A stretch of 64,000 bases of DNA from Candidatus Woesearchaeota archaeon (lineage in GTDB: Archaea; Nanobdellota; Nanobdellia; Woesearchaeales; GW2011-AR9), in assembly GCA_018696595.1 (NCBI GenBank), contig JABHQW010000003.1, positions 224,001 to 288,000 of the forward strand, in the 5' to 3' direction. Made by a program: the position numbers and the translations under genes. This document shows, piece by piece, positions 38,373-47,967 of this stretch (position 1 is the first letter of the stretch; each line of letters begins with the position of its first letter). The notes under the pieces are model-generated. The model searched no databases, had not been told where the DNA came from, and was given only the letters and a program-made list of their open reading frames with translations.

Positions 38373-40202
38373 ATGGATTATGAAAAAATTGGTTTGAAGT
38401 CAGGAATAGAGATACATCAACAACTTGAAGGGAAGAAATTATTCTGTAATTGTCCAACTTTGTTAAGAGATGATAAACCAGATTTTGAAATTAGAAGAAA
38501 ATTAAGAGCGTCAGCTGGAGAATCTGGAAAAATTGACGTTGCTGCAAAACAAGAACAAATTAGAAATAAAACGTTTATCTATCAAGGTTATCATGATACT
38601 ACTTGTTTAGTTGAATGCGATGAAGAACCACCGCATGCAATGAACCAAGATGCTTTATACACCTGTTTACAATTATCTAAATCAGTTAATGCTAATGTTT
38701 CTCCAGTTGTGCAAGTGATGAGAAAAACAGTAGCAGATGGTTCTAACACTGGTGGATTTCAAAGAACTGCTTTAATTGCCAGAAATGGTGAAATTGAAAC
38801 TTCAGAGGGGATTGTTAGAATTGATAACATTTCTTTAGAAGAAGATGCTTGTAAAATTGTTTCTGAAACCGAAACTGAGAAAACTTACAAATTAGATCGC
38901 TTAGGAATTCCGTTAATTGAAATTGGAACTGCCCCAGATATTAAAACGCCACAACAATGTCAAGAAACGGCAAAAAAATTAGGAATGTTATTACGTTCAC
39001 TTCCAAGAGTTAAACGAGGATTAGGAACCATTCGGCAAGATGTTAATGTTTCTATTAAAGGTGGAACAAGAGTAGAAGTTAAAGGAGCACAAGATTTACG
39101 TGCTATTCCAACACTAGTTGATTTAGAAATTAAACGGCAAATGGAATTGTTAAATATCAAAAAAGATTTGTCTGGAATTAAATTGAATGAATTTAAAATT
39201 TATGATATAACTAAATTATTACAAAAATCTAAAGCCAAAGTTATCGAATCTGCAATTAAAGTTAAAGGAAAAATTTTAGCTTTGAGGTTGAATGAGTTTT
39301 CTGGAATTATTGGTAAAGAATTGCAACCCAATTACCGGGTTGGCAGTGAATTCTCGGGCCGAGCAAAGATTAAAGCTGGCGTAAAAGGAATATTTCATTC
39401 AGATGAATTACCTAACTATGGAATTACTAAAGATGAAGTTGATTTAATTAAGAAAGAATTGAAATGTAAAGAGAAAGATGCTTTTGTGTTAGTTGCTGCT
39501 TTAGAAGATAAAGCCAAGATTGCACTTTCTGCAGTTTATGAACGGGCTGAAGAGTTGTTTACAGGAGTCCCAAAAGAAGTTCGTAAAGCGGAACAAAATG
39601 GGTTATCCTCTTTCATGCGGCCAATGCCTGGTTCTGCTCGTATGTACCCTGAAACAGATGTTCCTTTAGCAAGACCAGACCCACATTCAGTAGAATTACC
39701 TGAATTAATTTCTGAAAGGGCTGAACGATATCAAAAAAAGTTTAGTTTGAATTCAGATATGGCCAATCATGTTGCTAAATCAAATTATTCAGAATTGTTT
39801 GAAGAATTAGTAAAGAAATATCCTAAATTCAAACCAGCATTTATTGTTGATACGTTAATATCAATGCCAATTGAAATTAAGAAGAAATATCAATTAGATT
39901 CTTCTAAATTAACTGATGAGAATTATAAAGATTTGTTTAAGTATTTGCATTCAGAAGAAATTCATAAAGATATTGTGGTTGATGTTCTGATTGATATGAT
40001 TAAAGGCAAGTTTGATTTAAAAAATTATGAATCTCTTTCCACAGAAGATGTTCATGAAACTATTAAAAAGATTGTTTCTAAAAATAAAGGGGCTCCTTTT
40101 GGCGCTTTAATGGGTCAATGCATGAAAGCTCTTGCTGGAAAAGTTAGTGGGAAAGTGATTAGTGAAGCCCTCAGAAAGGAAATTTCTGGGGCGCAAAAGT
40201 AA
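38373..40202 (+). CDS. gatE: Glu-tRNA(Gln) amidotransferase subunit E
   Basis: GLKSGIEIHQQL, VMRKTVADGSNTGGFQRT, LDRLGIPLIEIGT, RGLGTIRQDVNVSI, PGSARMYPETD. Confidence 0.97.
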   Translation: MDYEKIGLKSGIEIHQQLEGKKLFCNCPTLLRDDKPDFEIRRKLRASAGESGKIDVAAKQEQIRNKTFIYQGYHDTTCLVECDEEPPHAMNQDALYTCLQLSKSVNANVSPVVQVMRKTVADGSNTGGFQRTALIARNGEIETSEGIVRIDNISLEEDACKIVSETETEKTYKLDRLGIPLIEIGTAPDIKTPQQCQETAKKLGMLLRSLPRVKRGLGTIRQDVNVSIKGGTRVEVKGAQDLRAIPTLVDLEIKRQMELLNIKKDLSGIKLNEFKIYDITKLLQKSKAKVIESAIKVKGKILALRLNEFSGIIGKELQPNYRVGSEFSGRAKIKAGVKGIFHSDELPNYGITKDEVDLIKKELKCKEKDAFVLVAALEDKAKIALSAVYERAEELFTGVPKEVRKAEQNGLSSFMRPMPGSARMYPETDVPLARPDPHSVELPELISERAERYQKKFSLNSDMANHVAKSNYSELFEELVKKYPKFKPAFIVDTLISMPIEIKKKYQLDSSKLTDENYKDLFKYLHSEEIHKDIVVDVLIDMIKGKFDLKNYESLSTEDVHETIKKIVSKNKGAPFGALMGQCMKALAGKVSGKVISEALRKEISGAQK

Positions 40203-40283
40203 TCGTTGTTACTTTTTGCGAACTGAAGAAATTGACCACCAAAAAGTGATAAATTTATAAATGGTTAATTTCTTTGATGTATT

Positions 40284-40868
40284 ATGGGAGATTTATTACA
40301 ATTCGCAAGACAAGAAATGGCTAATTTGTATGCCATAGGATTACAAATCCCAGTCCCCACTGGTGCTAAATTCGTGGATCATGGCGAAGTAATAGACAAA
40401 AAACAACAAGAATTATGGGGATCCTGTACAAATCAATATTCTGCTGGAAAAATGTTAACAGAGTTAATGGTCAATGGATTATTAGAAAGAGATGTAAAAA
40501 CTTTTGCTCGTGGACATGAAGAAGGCCATGCAACATTTTATTTAGGTCATTTAAAATCTCTTAAAGAAATTGCTGAGGAGTTAGAAGTAACTTTGAAATT
40601 TTTTACAGATGATTATTGTTTAAAACATGATGAAGCTATGAAAAGATTTCTTATTCCTGGTGTAGGAACCAATGAAGATTATAACATTGCCAAATGTAAA
40701 CCCATGTATGAACGAGAGATGATTGCACATATTGGTGGATTAGCAGCATTAGTAAATTCCCCTTCAGCAAAAAAAAGTATTATTGAACATGTTCAACATG
40801 CCATTTGTAATGGCGATATAAATGCATATCCGTTAGCTAAAGCGGTTAAAATAACCAGGCGTTTTTAG
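40284..40868 (+). CDS. Hypothetical protein with an HExxH (HEEGH) putative Zn-binding motif
   Basis: GHEEGHATF followed later by EREMIAH; leaderless promoter spacing. Confidence 0.55.
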   Translation: MGDLLQFARQEMANLYAIGLQIPVPTGAKFVDHGEVIDKKQQELWGSCTNQYSAGKMLTELMVNGLLERDVKTFARGHEEGHATFYLGHLKSLKEIAEELEVTLKFFTDDYCLKHDEAMKRFLIPGVGTNEDYNIAKCKPMYEREMIAHIGGLAALVNSPSAKKSIIEHVQHAICNGDINAYPLAKAVKITRRF

Positions 40869-40931
40869 TTGTCACTCTTTTGTGACAAAAACAACGAAAC
40901 ATTTATAAATAAGCTTAATTCTTAGTATATT

Positions 40932-42203
40932 ATGCTTGAAAGACTGGTAGAAAGTACTAAAACAGGTGATGTTGGACTAGGTTTAAACGATTCTTCTAAT
41001 AGCGTTTTCGCTGAAAATGGTGCTATTGAAAGGTCTTTAGAAAAGAGCGTAAATTTTGTTTATGATACCATTTATGGAAATAGAGACACTTCTGAAATGT
41101 CTGATAAAGAAAAAGTAGCACGTTTAGCTGGTGCAAGTGCTTTAATTGCGGCCATGGGAACTTCTTACGTTTTAGCTGAATCAGTTTGTAGGGGATCAGA
41201 ATTTATTGGTAGAGGAACAGTAGAATTATTAGGAAAAGCAGGAAACCTTGCTTATAATAAATTAGAGTTTGTTGAAAACGCTACTGAGAAAGTTAAAGAT
41301 GTTTATAATCAACTTCAAACGAAAGTATCTAGACCAATAAAGAAAAAAATTGGCCGATTCTTTAAAAGATTTAAAGACCAGTTAGTAATTGGTGCTTCTG
41401 TAGCAACATTAGCATTAAGTTATGGCGGAATTAAAGGATGTAATGAAGAACCTACAGCAATTGTTGAACCAGAAAGAGATTATAGAAACCCAATAAATAG
41501 TATTACAGATTTATTTGAAGAACCTCAAGAAGAGGAAAGAGTACAGAGACCAACCTCAAGAACAATAGAACCACCAAGACCAGTTATTCAACAATCTAGA
41601 AGAGCCCCTGAAAGAGTAACACCTCAATGTTCAAACACAAGTTCAAGAAGTGAATATCAAAATGTTGCTAATGCCGCCCAATCAAGAGCAATTTCTCAAA
41701 GAACCAATTATGCTTTTGATAATGCACCAACTAGTCCTTTAGAAGGACTAACTGGAAACACTGAACCAGGAAGAACAAAAATTAATTGGTTAAAAAACAG
41801 AAATAAATGTAACCAGTTTGTTGGAGACGCATTAGTGCAAGCAGGACATAAAGTTCCAACTCATGAAATGAATGATAGAAATCATTCTTTACATTACAAA
41901 GAAATTGAACAATTCCCTCATGAAGATAATTATTTTACAAAAGTTACTGATTTCTGTGATATTAAACCTGGACACGTTTTAGTTATTGATCATCCAACTA
42001 GTGGAGAAAGTACTGCTCACGGAGAAATCATTGCTGATGTGAATTATCAAACTGGAACAATTAGAAGTTTCGGTGCCCACGCAGATGGTGCTTACAAAAA
42101 AACATTTGACATTTTCAAACACGCTAAACTTGTTACTGATGATGAAAATAATATACATTGGAAATTAGGCTTGGACAAAATCTATGTATTAAAACCAAAA
42201 TAA
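40932..42203 (+). CDS. Membrane-anchored protein with a C-terminal CHAP/NlpC-P60-like Cys-His amidase domain
   Basis: Two hydrophobic segments and a Pro/Ser/Arg linker, then NKCNQFVGDALVQAG...KPGHVLVI...AHGEII (papain-like Cys...His). Confidence 0.55.
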   Translation: MLERLVESTKTGDVGLGLNDSSNSVFAENGAIERSLEKSVNFVYDTIYGNRDTSEMSDKEKVARLAGASALIAAMGTSYVLAESVCRGSEFIGRGTVELLGKAGNLAYNKLEFVENATEKVKDVYNQLQTKVSRPIKKKIGRFFKRFKDQLVIGASVATLALSYGGIKGCNEEPTAIVEPERDYRNPINSITDLFEEPQEEERVQRPTSRTIEPPRPVIQQSRRAPERVTPQCSNTSSRSEYQNVANAAQSRAISQRTNYAFDNAPTSPLEGLTGNTEPGRTKINWLKNRNKCNQFVGDALVQAGHKVPTHEMNDRNHSLHYKEIEQFPHEDNYFTKVTDFCDIKPGHVLVIDHPTSGESTAHGEIIADVNYQTGTIRSFGAHADGAYKKTFDIFKHAKLVTDDENNIHWKLGLDKIYVLKPK

Positions 42204-42205
42204 AA

Positions 42206-43564
42206 ATGGATCTAAAACCACAATTAGAAGAAGCTATTAAATGTACAAAGCAAGCAGGAACGTGGGTAAATCAACACCAGCCTAGTTTTGCTAGATTTGC
42301 AGATCCAATCATGATGAGAACTGCTGCTGGTTTAGGTTATATAGAAGGAGTGCAAGGAGTTATCGAATCCACTCAAGCACCGCCATTAATTCAAGCTGCA
42401 TTATATTCTGCCGCAGGTGTAGGAATGGTTAAATGGAATGAGATTGTTGTTTCTGAAATTAATCGTGGATTACATGAATATAATTCTAGACAAACCGTTG
42501 GAGATGGATTTAATTGGGCAAAGAGTTTATTATTATTAGGCACGGCTAGTTTAGCAGTTTCTTCTCTTACAGATAATTGTGATAGTCAAGGAACTCCTTT
42601 TCATGAAGAAAATGTTGAATACATAACTAAAGATTTTGTTCAAAAACCAGCAAATGACACTCTTAGGTTCCTTATTGGAGAATCTGAAGAAGAACTAAAC
42701 GATTTTGAATCTGAGTTGCGCGATTTATTAGCTGAGGAAGATTTAGAATCGGACTTAGAAAAATTTGAACTTTATGAACCAGATGTGAGTTTATCAGATA
42801 TTGTTGACGAAGATTCTCAATCAATCAATTTGGTAGATATTGAACAATTAAAATCAAGGTTAGAAGAAACTCTTGCTAGACAAGCAATTATAGAAACACC
42901 ATTACATCCAAAAGCACAACAACATTATGAGGGGTACTCTGGAAGACATCATCATCGAATGGTTAAAAAGATTGAAAGAACTAGCCAATATGATGATTTA
43001 ATACAAGATGCCGCAGAGAGATATAATATTGATAAAGAAGTAATGTCTGCTTTAATTATTAAAGAGAGTGATGGTAATTTTAAAGCAAAATCTCATGTTG
43101 GCGCTCGAGGTTTAATGCAAATCATGCCAAGGACTGGAAAATACCTTGCCGAAATAATGGGTGATAAATTTGTCGAACTAACTGGAAGAAGCACATTAAG
43201 AACTTCTGATTTGTATGACCCAAAAATTAATATTGAGATGGGTGCGTTTTATTTAAGATTTATTCATGATCGTTATGGAGACCGAATTTTGAAGAAACGT
43301 GAACAAGCAAGTAAAGATTATCAAGAATGGACTGCAGCTGACCGCTGGGATTTCACTATGGCTTGTTATAACCGAGGTCCAAGTGGAATGACTAGAAATA
43401 TGATGAAAGCCCGTGCCGACACATTCTGGGATTTAGAAAAAGAACAAACTACTGATGAAGTGTTATTTTATGTTCCTAGAATCAGAGCAATTGCAAAAGT
43501 TCGTGCTGAATATTTAATGAAGCAATCTGGTGTTAATGAAGAAGTTGCGAGGTTGGTGCATTAG
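42206..43564 (+). CDS. Soluble lytic transglycosylase (SLT/GH23) domain protein, membrane-anchored
   Basis: YDDLIQDAAERYNID..VMSALIIKESDGNFKAKSHVGARGLMQIMPRTG...LYDPKINIEMGAFYL...ACYNRGP; catalytic Glu retained. Start moved to MDLKPQ. Confidence 0.92.
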   Translation: MDLKPQLEEAIKCTKQAGTWVNQHQPSFARFADPIMMRTAAGLGYIEGVQGVIESTQAPPLIQAALYSAAGVGMVKWNEIVVSEINRGLHEYNSRQTVGDGFNWAKSLLLLGTASLAVSSLTDNCDSQGTPFHEENVEYITKDFVQKPANDTLRFLIGESEEELNDFESELRDLLAEEDLESDLEKFELYEPDVSLSDIVDEDSQSINLVDIEQLKSRLEETLARQAIIETPLHPKAQQHYEGYSGRHHHRMVKKIERTSQYDDLIQDAAERYNIDKEVMSALIIKESDGNFKAKSHVGARGLMQIMPRTGKYLAEIMGDKFVELTGRSTLRTSDLYDPKINIEMGAFYLRFIHDRYGDRILKKREQASKDYQEWTAADRWDFTMACYNRGPSGMTRNMMKARADTFWDLEKEQTTDEVLFYVPRIRAIAKVRAEYLMKQSGVNEEVARLVH

Positions 43565-43565
43565 A

Positions 43566-44258
43566 ATGAGATTAGCATTAAATCAAATATTACCTGAACT
43601 AGAAAAAGAAGAACATTTTGTCCATATAGATATTAACAACCATTTGTTTATACAATTAGCTAAAACAGAAGGTAAAAGAGTAGAAAAATTATGTTATTTT
43701 CCTGAAAATAAAATTATGTATATCCCAATCACAACTGGGATTGTTAATGGATTGACACTAAAAAAACTTGCAGATCAATTTGGTCCTGAAAAAGCAGAAC
43801 ATGATGCAACGAGTGCAAAACTATTTTTGGCAGAAACAAAAAAATATTGGACTGCTCCTAAAAGAGAAGTTCTTGAAGAAGCAATTAGTCAAGAAGCAAG
43901 AACTGTTTGTTCAGATATTAATAGATATAATAGAAACAAATTAGAAGAATTATATCAAAGTATTTTAGGTTGGAACGTTTTAGAAGCATGTACTGAAGCT
44001 TATGCAGAATCGTTTAGAAAAGATTCAATTATACTTGAACGTCACAATCTTGTAGACCTCACGGAAGAATATAAAGCCCTTGCTTCTTTTAACAGAAAAG
44101 TATCTGCTCAAGCAGGTTATGGTGCTAAAAGAACTGAAAGATTCATTCAAGAATATGAAAATACTTGGAGATTCAGAGGACTTGAAAAACCAAAAGGTGA
44201 TTTTGAAGAAATTAAAAATAAAGTTGTTGAGGAAGCAACAACTCATTTTACAAAATGA
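43566..44258 (+). CDS. Hypothetical protein, co-transcribed with the SLT gene
   Basis: ATG lies 1 nt after the SLT stop. Confidence 0.7.
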   Translation: MRLALNQILPELEKEEHFVHIDINNHLFIQLAKTEGKRVEKLCYFPENKIMYIPITTGIVNGLTLKKLADQFGPEKAEHDATSAKLFLAETKKYWTAPKREVLEEAISQEARTVCSDINRYNRNKLEELYQSILGWNVLEACTEAYAESFRKDSIILERHNLVDLTEEYKALASFNRKVSAQAGYGAKRTERFIQEYENTWRFRGLEKPKGDFEEIKNKVVEEATTHFTK

Positions 44259-44352
44259 AAGCAAGATTAGAAGAATTAGCATTACAAAATTACCAATAAC
44301 TTTATAAAAACAATTAGAAAATAAATAAAACATAATTAGGAGGAATATTAAA

Positions 44353-44862
44353 ATGACTGAAATTAAGAAAGGAGATAAAGTAAAAGTTGAGTATACAGGA
44401 AAGTTAGAAGACGGCACTGTATTTGATAGTTCTGAAGGTAAAGCGCCTCTGTGCTTTGAAGTAGGAGCACAACAAGTAATTCCTGGTTTTGAAAAAGCTG
44501 TTGAAGGAATGAAAAAAGATGAAGAAAAAGAATTCACACTTAAAGTAGATGAAGCTTACGGTCCTGTTAAGGAAGAAATGGTACAAGAAATTCCTAGAGA
44601 TAAGTTACCAGCTGAACCAGAACCTAAAGAAGGTATGATGTTAATGATGCAAGCACCTACTGGTCAACAAATCCCTGCAAAGATTACAAAAGTTGCAGAT
44701 GATAAAGTTACAATCGATATCAATCATCCATTAGCTGGAAAAGAATTAACCTTCTCTGTAAAAGTAGTTGGTGTAAACGATCCAGAAGAAGCTAAAGATG
44801 AGAAGAAAGATGATGATGGTTGTAAACCAGACGATTGTTCTTCATGTTGCGGTTGCAACTAA
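44353..44862 (+). CDS. slyD: FKBP-type peptidyl-prolyl isomerase SlyD
   Basis: VKVEYTGKLEDGTVFDSS, VIPGFE, EAYG, DINHPLAGKELTF; Cys-rich tail. Confidence 0.95.
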   Translation: MTEIKKGDKVKVEYTGKLEDGTVFDSSEGKAPLCFEVGAQQVIPGFEKAVEGMKKDEEKEFTLKVDEAYGPVKEEMVQEIPRDKLPAEPEPKEGMMLMMQAPTGQQIPAKITKVADDKVTIDINHPLAGKELTFSVKVVGVNDPEEAKDEKKDDDGCKPDDCSSCCGCN

Positions 44863-44936
44863 TTTTTTTTAATTTATTTTTTTAAATATTTTTCTTTTTG
44901 GTTAACTTTATATAATTCTTTAATTTCCTAAATTTT

Positions 44937-45302
44937 ATGAAACAAGTTTCCAAATCTCTTAGAGTCTGGTTTAAGATACATTTTATCGTAGATTTCTTAG
45001 TAGCAATTCCTTTAATCTTTTTCACTAAATGGACATTAGGATTGTTTGGCTTTCCATTAGAAAATTTAGTTTTCGCTCGTTTAGTTGGCGCGGCATTAAT
45101 TGGTATTGGTGGAACCTCATATTTCTGTAAGAAGAAAGAACACTTTGAAATTATGTTGATTCTGAAAATATTTTGGAGCTTAACTGCAATTCTTGCTTTG
45201 ATCTGGGGAATAATAGAAACAGGAAGTTTATCTTTATGGATATTTTTAGTTGTGTTTGTAATCTTTTCCGGAATATGGCATTACTATTGGTTTAAGAAAT
45301 GA
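44937..45302 (+). CDS. Small integral membrane protein
   Basis: Four hydrophobic helices. Confidence 0.7.
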   Translation: MKQVSKSLRVWFKIHFIVDFLVAIPLIFFTKWTLGLFGFPLENLVFARLVGAALIGIGGTSYFCKKKEHFEIMLILKIFWSLTAILALIWGIIETGSLSLWIFLVVFVIFSGIWHYYWFKK

Positions 45303-45865
45303 AAAAAGAAAAAGTTGTCCTAATAATCTTCTGTATCTTTATCCCTATATTCTTACTACTGTTCTCATACAAAGTTGTATTAGGATTATCTGATCTGACT
45401 GAGAATCAACAAGAAACAATGGATTTCTTAGATAACAAAGAAGAATTAAACTTAAACTACACGTCTTCCGCAGTATCACATTTAGAAGATGTTAAAGGAG
45501 TAATGAACTTTATTGATTATTTGTTTTATTTTAGTTTACTAGTTTGCACTGGAATTATTACTTACTACAAAAAGAACAAAGAACAATTAATGAAACTTTT
45601 CAAATATGGAGGAATAACAACTTTAGTCTCTATTGGATTTATTTTATTGTTTGCTTTGTTTGCTTTCAATCATGTATTTACTTTATTCCATCAGATCTTC
45701 TTTCCGCAAGGTAACTGGATCTTTCCCACAAATTCATTATTAATTCAAACGTTTCCAATTGATTTTTTCATTGGAATTAGTTTTAAGATCTTTTTGTTAA
45801 GTATTGGATTTGGAATAGTTTTTATTTTGCTTAATTCTTTGTTAAAAAAGAAACAATTATCTTAG
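45299..45865 (+). CDS. Integral membrane protein (DUF1461/TIGR01906-like)
   Basis: SHLEDVK, FTLFHQIFFPQGNWIF...LIQTFP. Confidence 0.85.
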   Translation: MKKEKVVLIIFCIFIPIFLLLFSYKVVLGLSDLTENQQETMDFLDNKEELNLNYTSSAVSHLEDVKGVMNFIDYLFYFSLLVCTGIITYYKKNKEQLMKLFKYGGITTLVSIGFILLFALFAFNHVFTLFHQIFFPQGNWIFPTNSLLIQTFPIDFFIGISFKIFLLSIGFGIVFILLNSLLKKKQLS

Positions 45866-45907
45866 CACAACAATATTTAAAAACTAACATTTGTTTTTTA
45901 CTTAATT

Positions 45908-46459
45908 ATGGACCCAGCAACAAAGATAGAGAATGATTATCCAACCAAAGTAAATCAATCTTTAACAAGATTACAACTTGCAGGATATCTAGAAATTAGA
46001 TGTTTATGGGAACCAACAAACTATGATAAAGCAAAAGCCATTTTATCCATAAATAAGGAAGATAATAAATTAACATTTCCAAGTTTAATAGAACAAAATG
46101 ATGATTATGTTACCGAAATCTGTGAAGGAACTTTTGCAGGTCAAGAATATTTAGTACAAGAAGAGTTTCTAGCATCTTTCTTAGAAAGAATGTTAACTAG
46201 AAACCCAGAAAAACAATATCAACTTGCCCAAGACATAGACAATTTACCAGAACAAGAAGGCACTGAATTTTATCATAACATTGCAGCAATTTCTGTTCAA
46301 CGCCAAATTCCATTTCAAGATACCCTTACTTTATTGGGAGTTTATGTTTTACATCAAGCTCAAGAACAAGGATTGGTACAAATGGGACAAAATGTGGGTG
46401 ATGAAGTTTGTTGTGTAGTTTATCATCCTAAAGATAGTAATTTAGAGAAAAGAGTTTAA
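45908..46459 (+). CDS. Hypothetical protein
   Basis: 183-aa ORF with TTTAAAAA promoter spacing. Confidence 0.65.
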   Translation: MDPATKIENDYPTKVNQSLTRLQLAGYLEIRCLWEPTNYDKAKAILSINKEDNKLTFPSLIEQNDDYVTEICEGTFAGQEYLVQEEFLASFLERMLTRNPEKQYQLAQDIDNLPEQEGTEFYHNIAAISVQRQIPFQDTLTLLGVYVLHQAQEQGLVQMGQNVGDEVCCVVYHPKDSNLEKRV

Positions 46460-46496
46460 ACAAACCTTTTTATATTCCTAAAATTTCTTACTTAAT

Positions 46497-46712
46497 ATGT
46501 TTGTAGTAAGAGGAGTTAAAGGTTGGATAGTTACATTGATTGCCTTAGCGGTAATCATAATCGCAATAGTGTTAGTATTTCAACTATTTTTATTCTTACT
46601 TCCGTTAATATTAATTGTAATTATCATTAGTTACCTCTTTAGAATGCTCAACAAACTTAAAAAAGAGGAACCAAATAATTACATAGATGTTAAGTATAAG
46701 GTAAAGAAATAA
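46497..46712 (+). CDS. Small membrane protein
   Basis: Long hydrophobic hairpin and basic tail; translationally coupled to tpiA. Confidence 0.7.
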   Translation: MFVVRGVKGWIVTLIALAVIIIAIVLVFQLFLFLLPLILIVIIISYLFRMLNKLKKEEPNNYIDVKYKVKK

Positions 46713-47371
46713 TGACAAAGCCCCTAGTGTTAATCAATTTTAAAACGTACAAAGAAGCTTATGGAGATAAAGCATTAGAATTAGCAAGAAAGATTGCTAA
46801 GGTTAAGAAAACAAAATACGATTTAGCAATTGCCCCGTCACTATTAACAATTAAAGAAGTTGCCCAGAAAACAAACTTAACAATCTTCTCACAACACACT
46901 GACCATATTAATTTAGGTGCAAATACAGGAAGGATCCCAATCGATGAGCTTAAATCATTTGGAGTTAAAGGAACAATATTAAATCATTCTGAAAGAAAGA
47001 TACCATTGAAATTTCTTAAAGAGATTGTTCAGAGATGTAAAAATAAAAAATTAATTACTGTTGTTTGTGCTTCCACAATTTCAGAGATTAAAAAAGTAGC
47101 ACTATTTCACCCTAATTATATTGCTTACGAACCAAAGGAGTTTATTGGCGGAAATATTTCTGTAACAGAAGCCAAGCCAGAGATTATTGTTCGCGCAGTA
47201 GAAACAGTAAAATATCTCAGCCCGAAAACAAAAGTTCTTTGCGGTGCTGGAATTCATTCCAAAGAAGATTTAGGACACGCGTTATTATTAGGAACAGAAG
47301 GTGTTCTGATAGGTCATGCTGTTCCAAAAGCTAAAGATCCAAAGAAATTCTTAGAAGAAATGTTAATTTAA
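46712..47371 (+). CDS. tpiA: Triosephosphate isomerase (archaeal type)
   Basis: LINFKTY, GTILNHSE, AYEPKEFIG, LCGAGI, GVLIG. Confidence 0.95.
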   Translation: MTKPLVLINFKTYKEAYGDKALELARKIAKVKKTKYDLAIAPSLLTIKEVAQKTNLTIFSQHTDHINLGANTGRIPIDELKSFGVKGTILNHSERKIPLKFLKEIVQRCKNKKLITVVCASTISEIKKVALFHPNYIAYEPKEFIGGNISVTEAKPEIIVRAVETVKYLSPKTKVLCGAGIHSKEDLGHALLLGTEGVLIGHAVPKAKDPKKFLEEMLI

Positions 47372-47378
47372 AAAGAAT

Positions 47379-47915
47379 TTATTTAACATTCACATAAAAC
47401 TTCTGAGTGTTACCATATTGTTTAGAATCAGAAAATATCTTAACACTAAAAATATATTGACCATTAGGGGCAGTCTTAGGAACATTGACTAAAATGGATT
47501 CACTAACATGTTCTCCCTCCAATATTTTAATTGATTTGGTGTTAAAAAGTAACCAGGTATCGGTTCCAGAAACTGACACTTGTGATTCAGTTTCATCTAA
47601 CACTTTAGATAATCCCACTTCAATATTAAATTTATCTCCAACTCCACCGATATTTAGAATTCCAATTCCAAATACGTGCTGTTCTCCTCTATTTACATAA
47701 GCAACATGTAATGGTAAAGCAACAGGTTTACCTTGATCAACTAACAATCTTTCAAGTTCTGTTTTAGTTTTTGCATCTAATTCTCCTTTAATCTCTTCTG
47801 CTCCACCAATGAATTTGTAAAGTAAAGTAATTCCTCCAGCAAGAACAACTAATGAAATGATAACAACAACTAAAGTGTTTATTGAAAGTCCGATTGCAGC
47901 CTTTTTGTTCATCAT
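47379..47915 (-). CDS. Type IV pilin-like protein (class III signal peptide)
   Basis: MNKKA/AIGLSINTLVVVIISLVVL. Confidence 0.7.
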   Translation of the reverse strand: MMNKKAAIGLSINTLVVVIISLVVLAGGITLLYKFIGGAEEIKGELDAKTKTELERLLVDQGKPVALPLHVAYVNRGEQHVFGIGILNIGGVGDKFNIEVGLSKVLDETESQVSVSGTDTWLLFNTKSIKILEGEHVSESILVNVPKTAPNGQYIFSVKIFSDSKQYGNTQKFYVNVK

Positions 47916-47967
47916 ATAGCACAAAAGTAACTAAAAATATATAAAGATGCTTTACTATTACTCAGTC

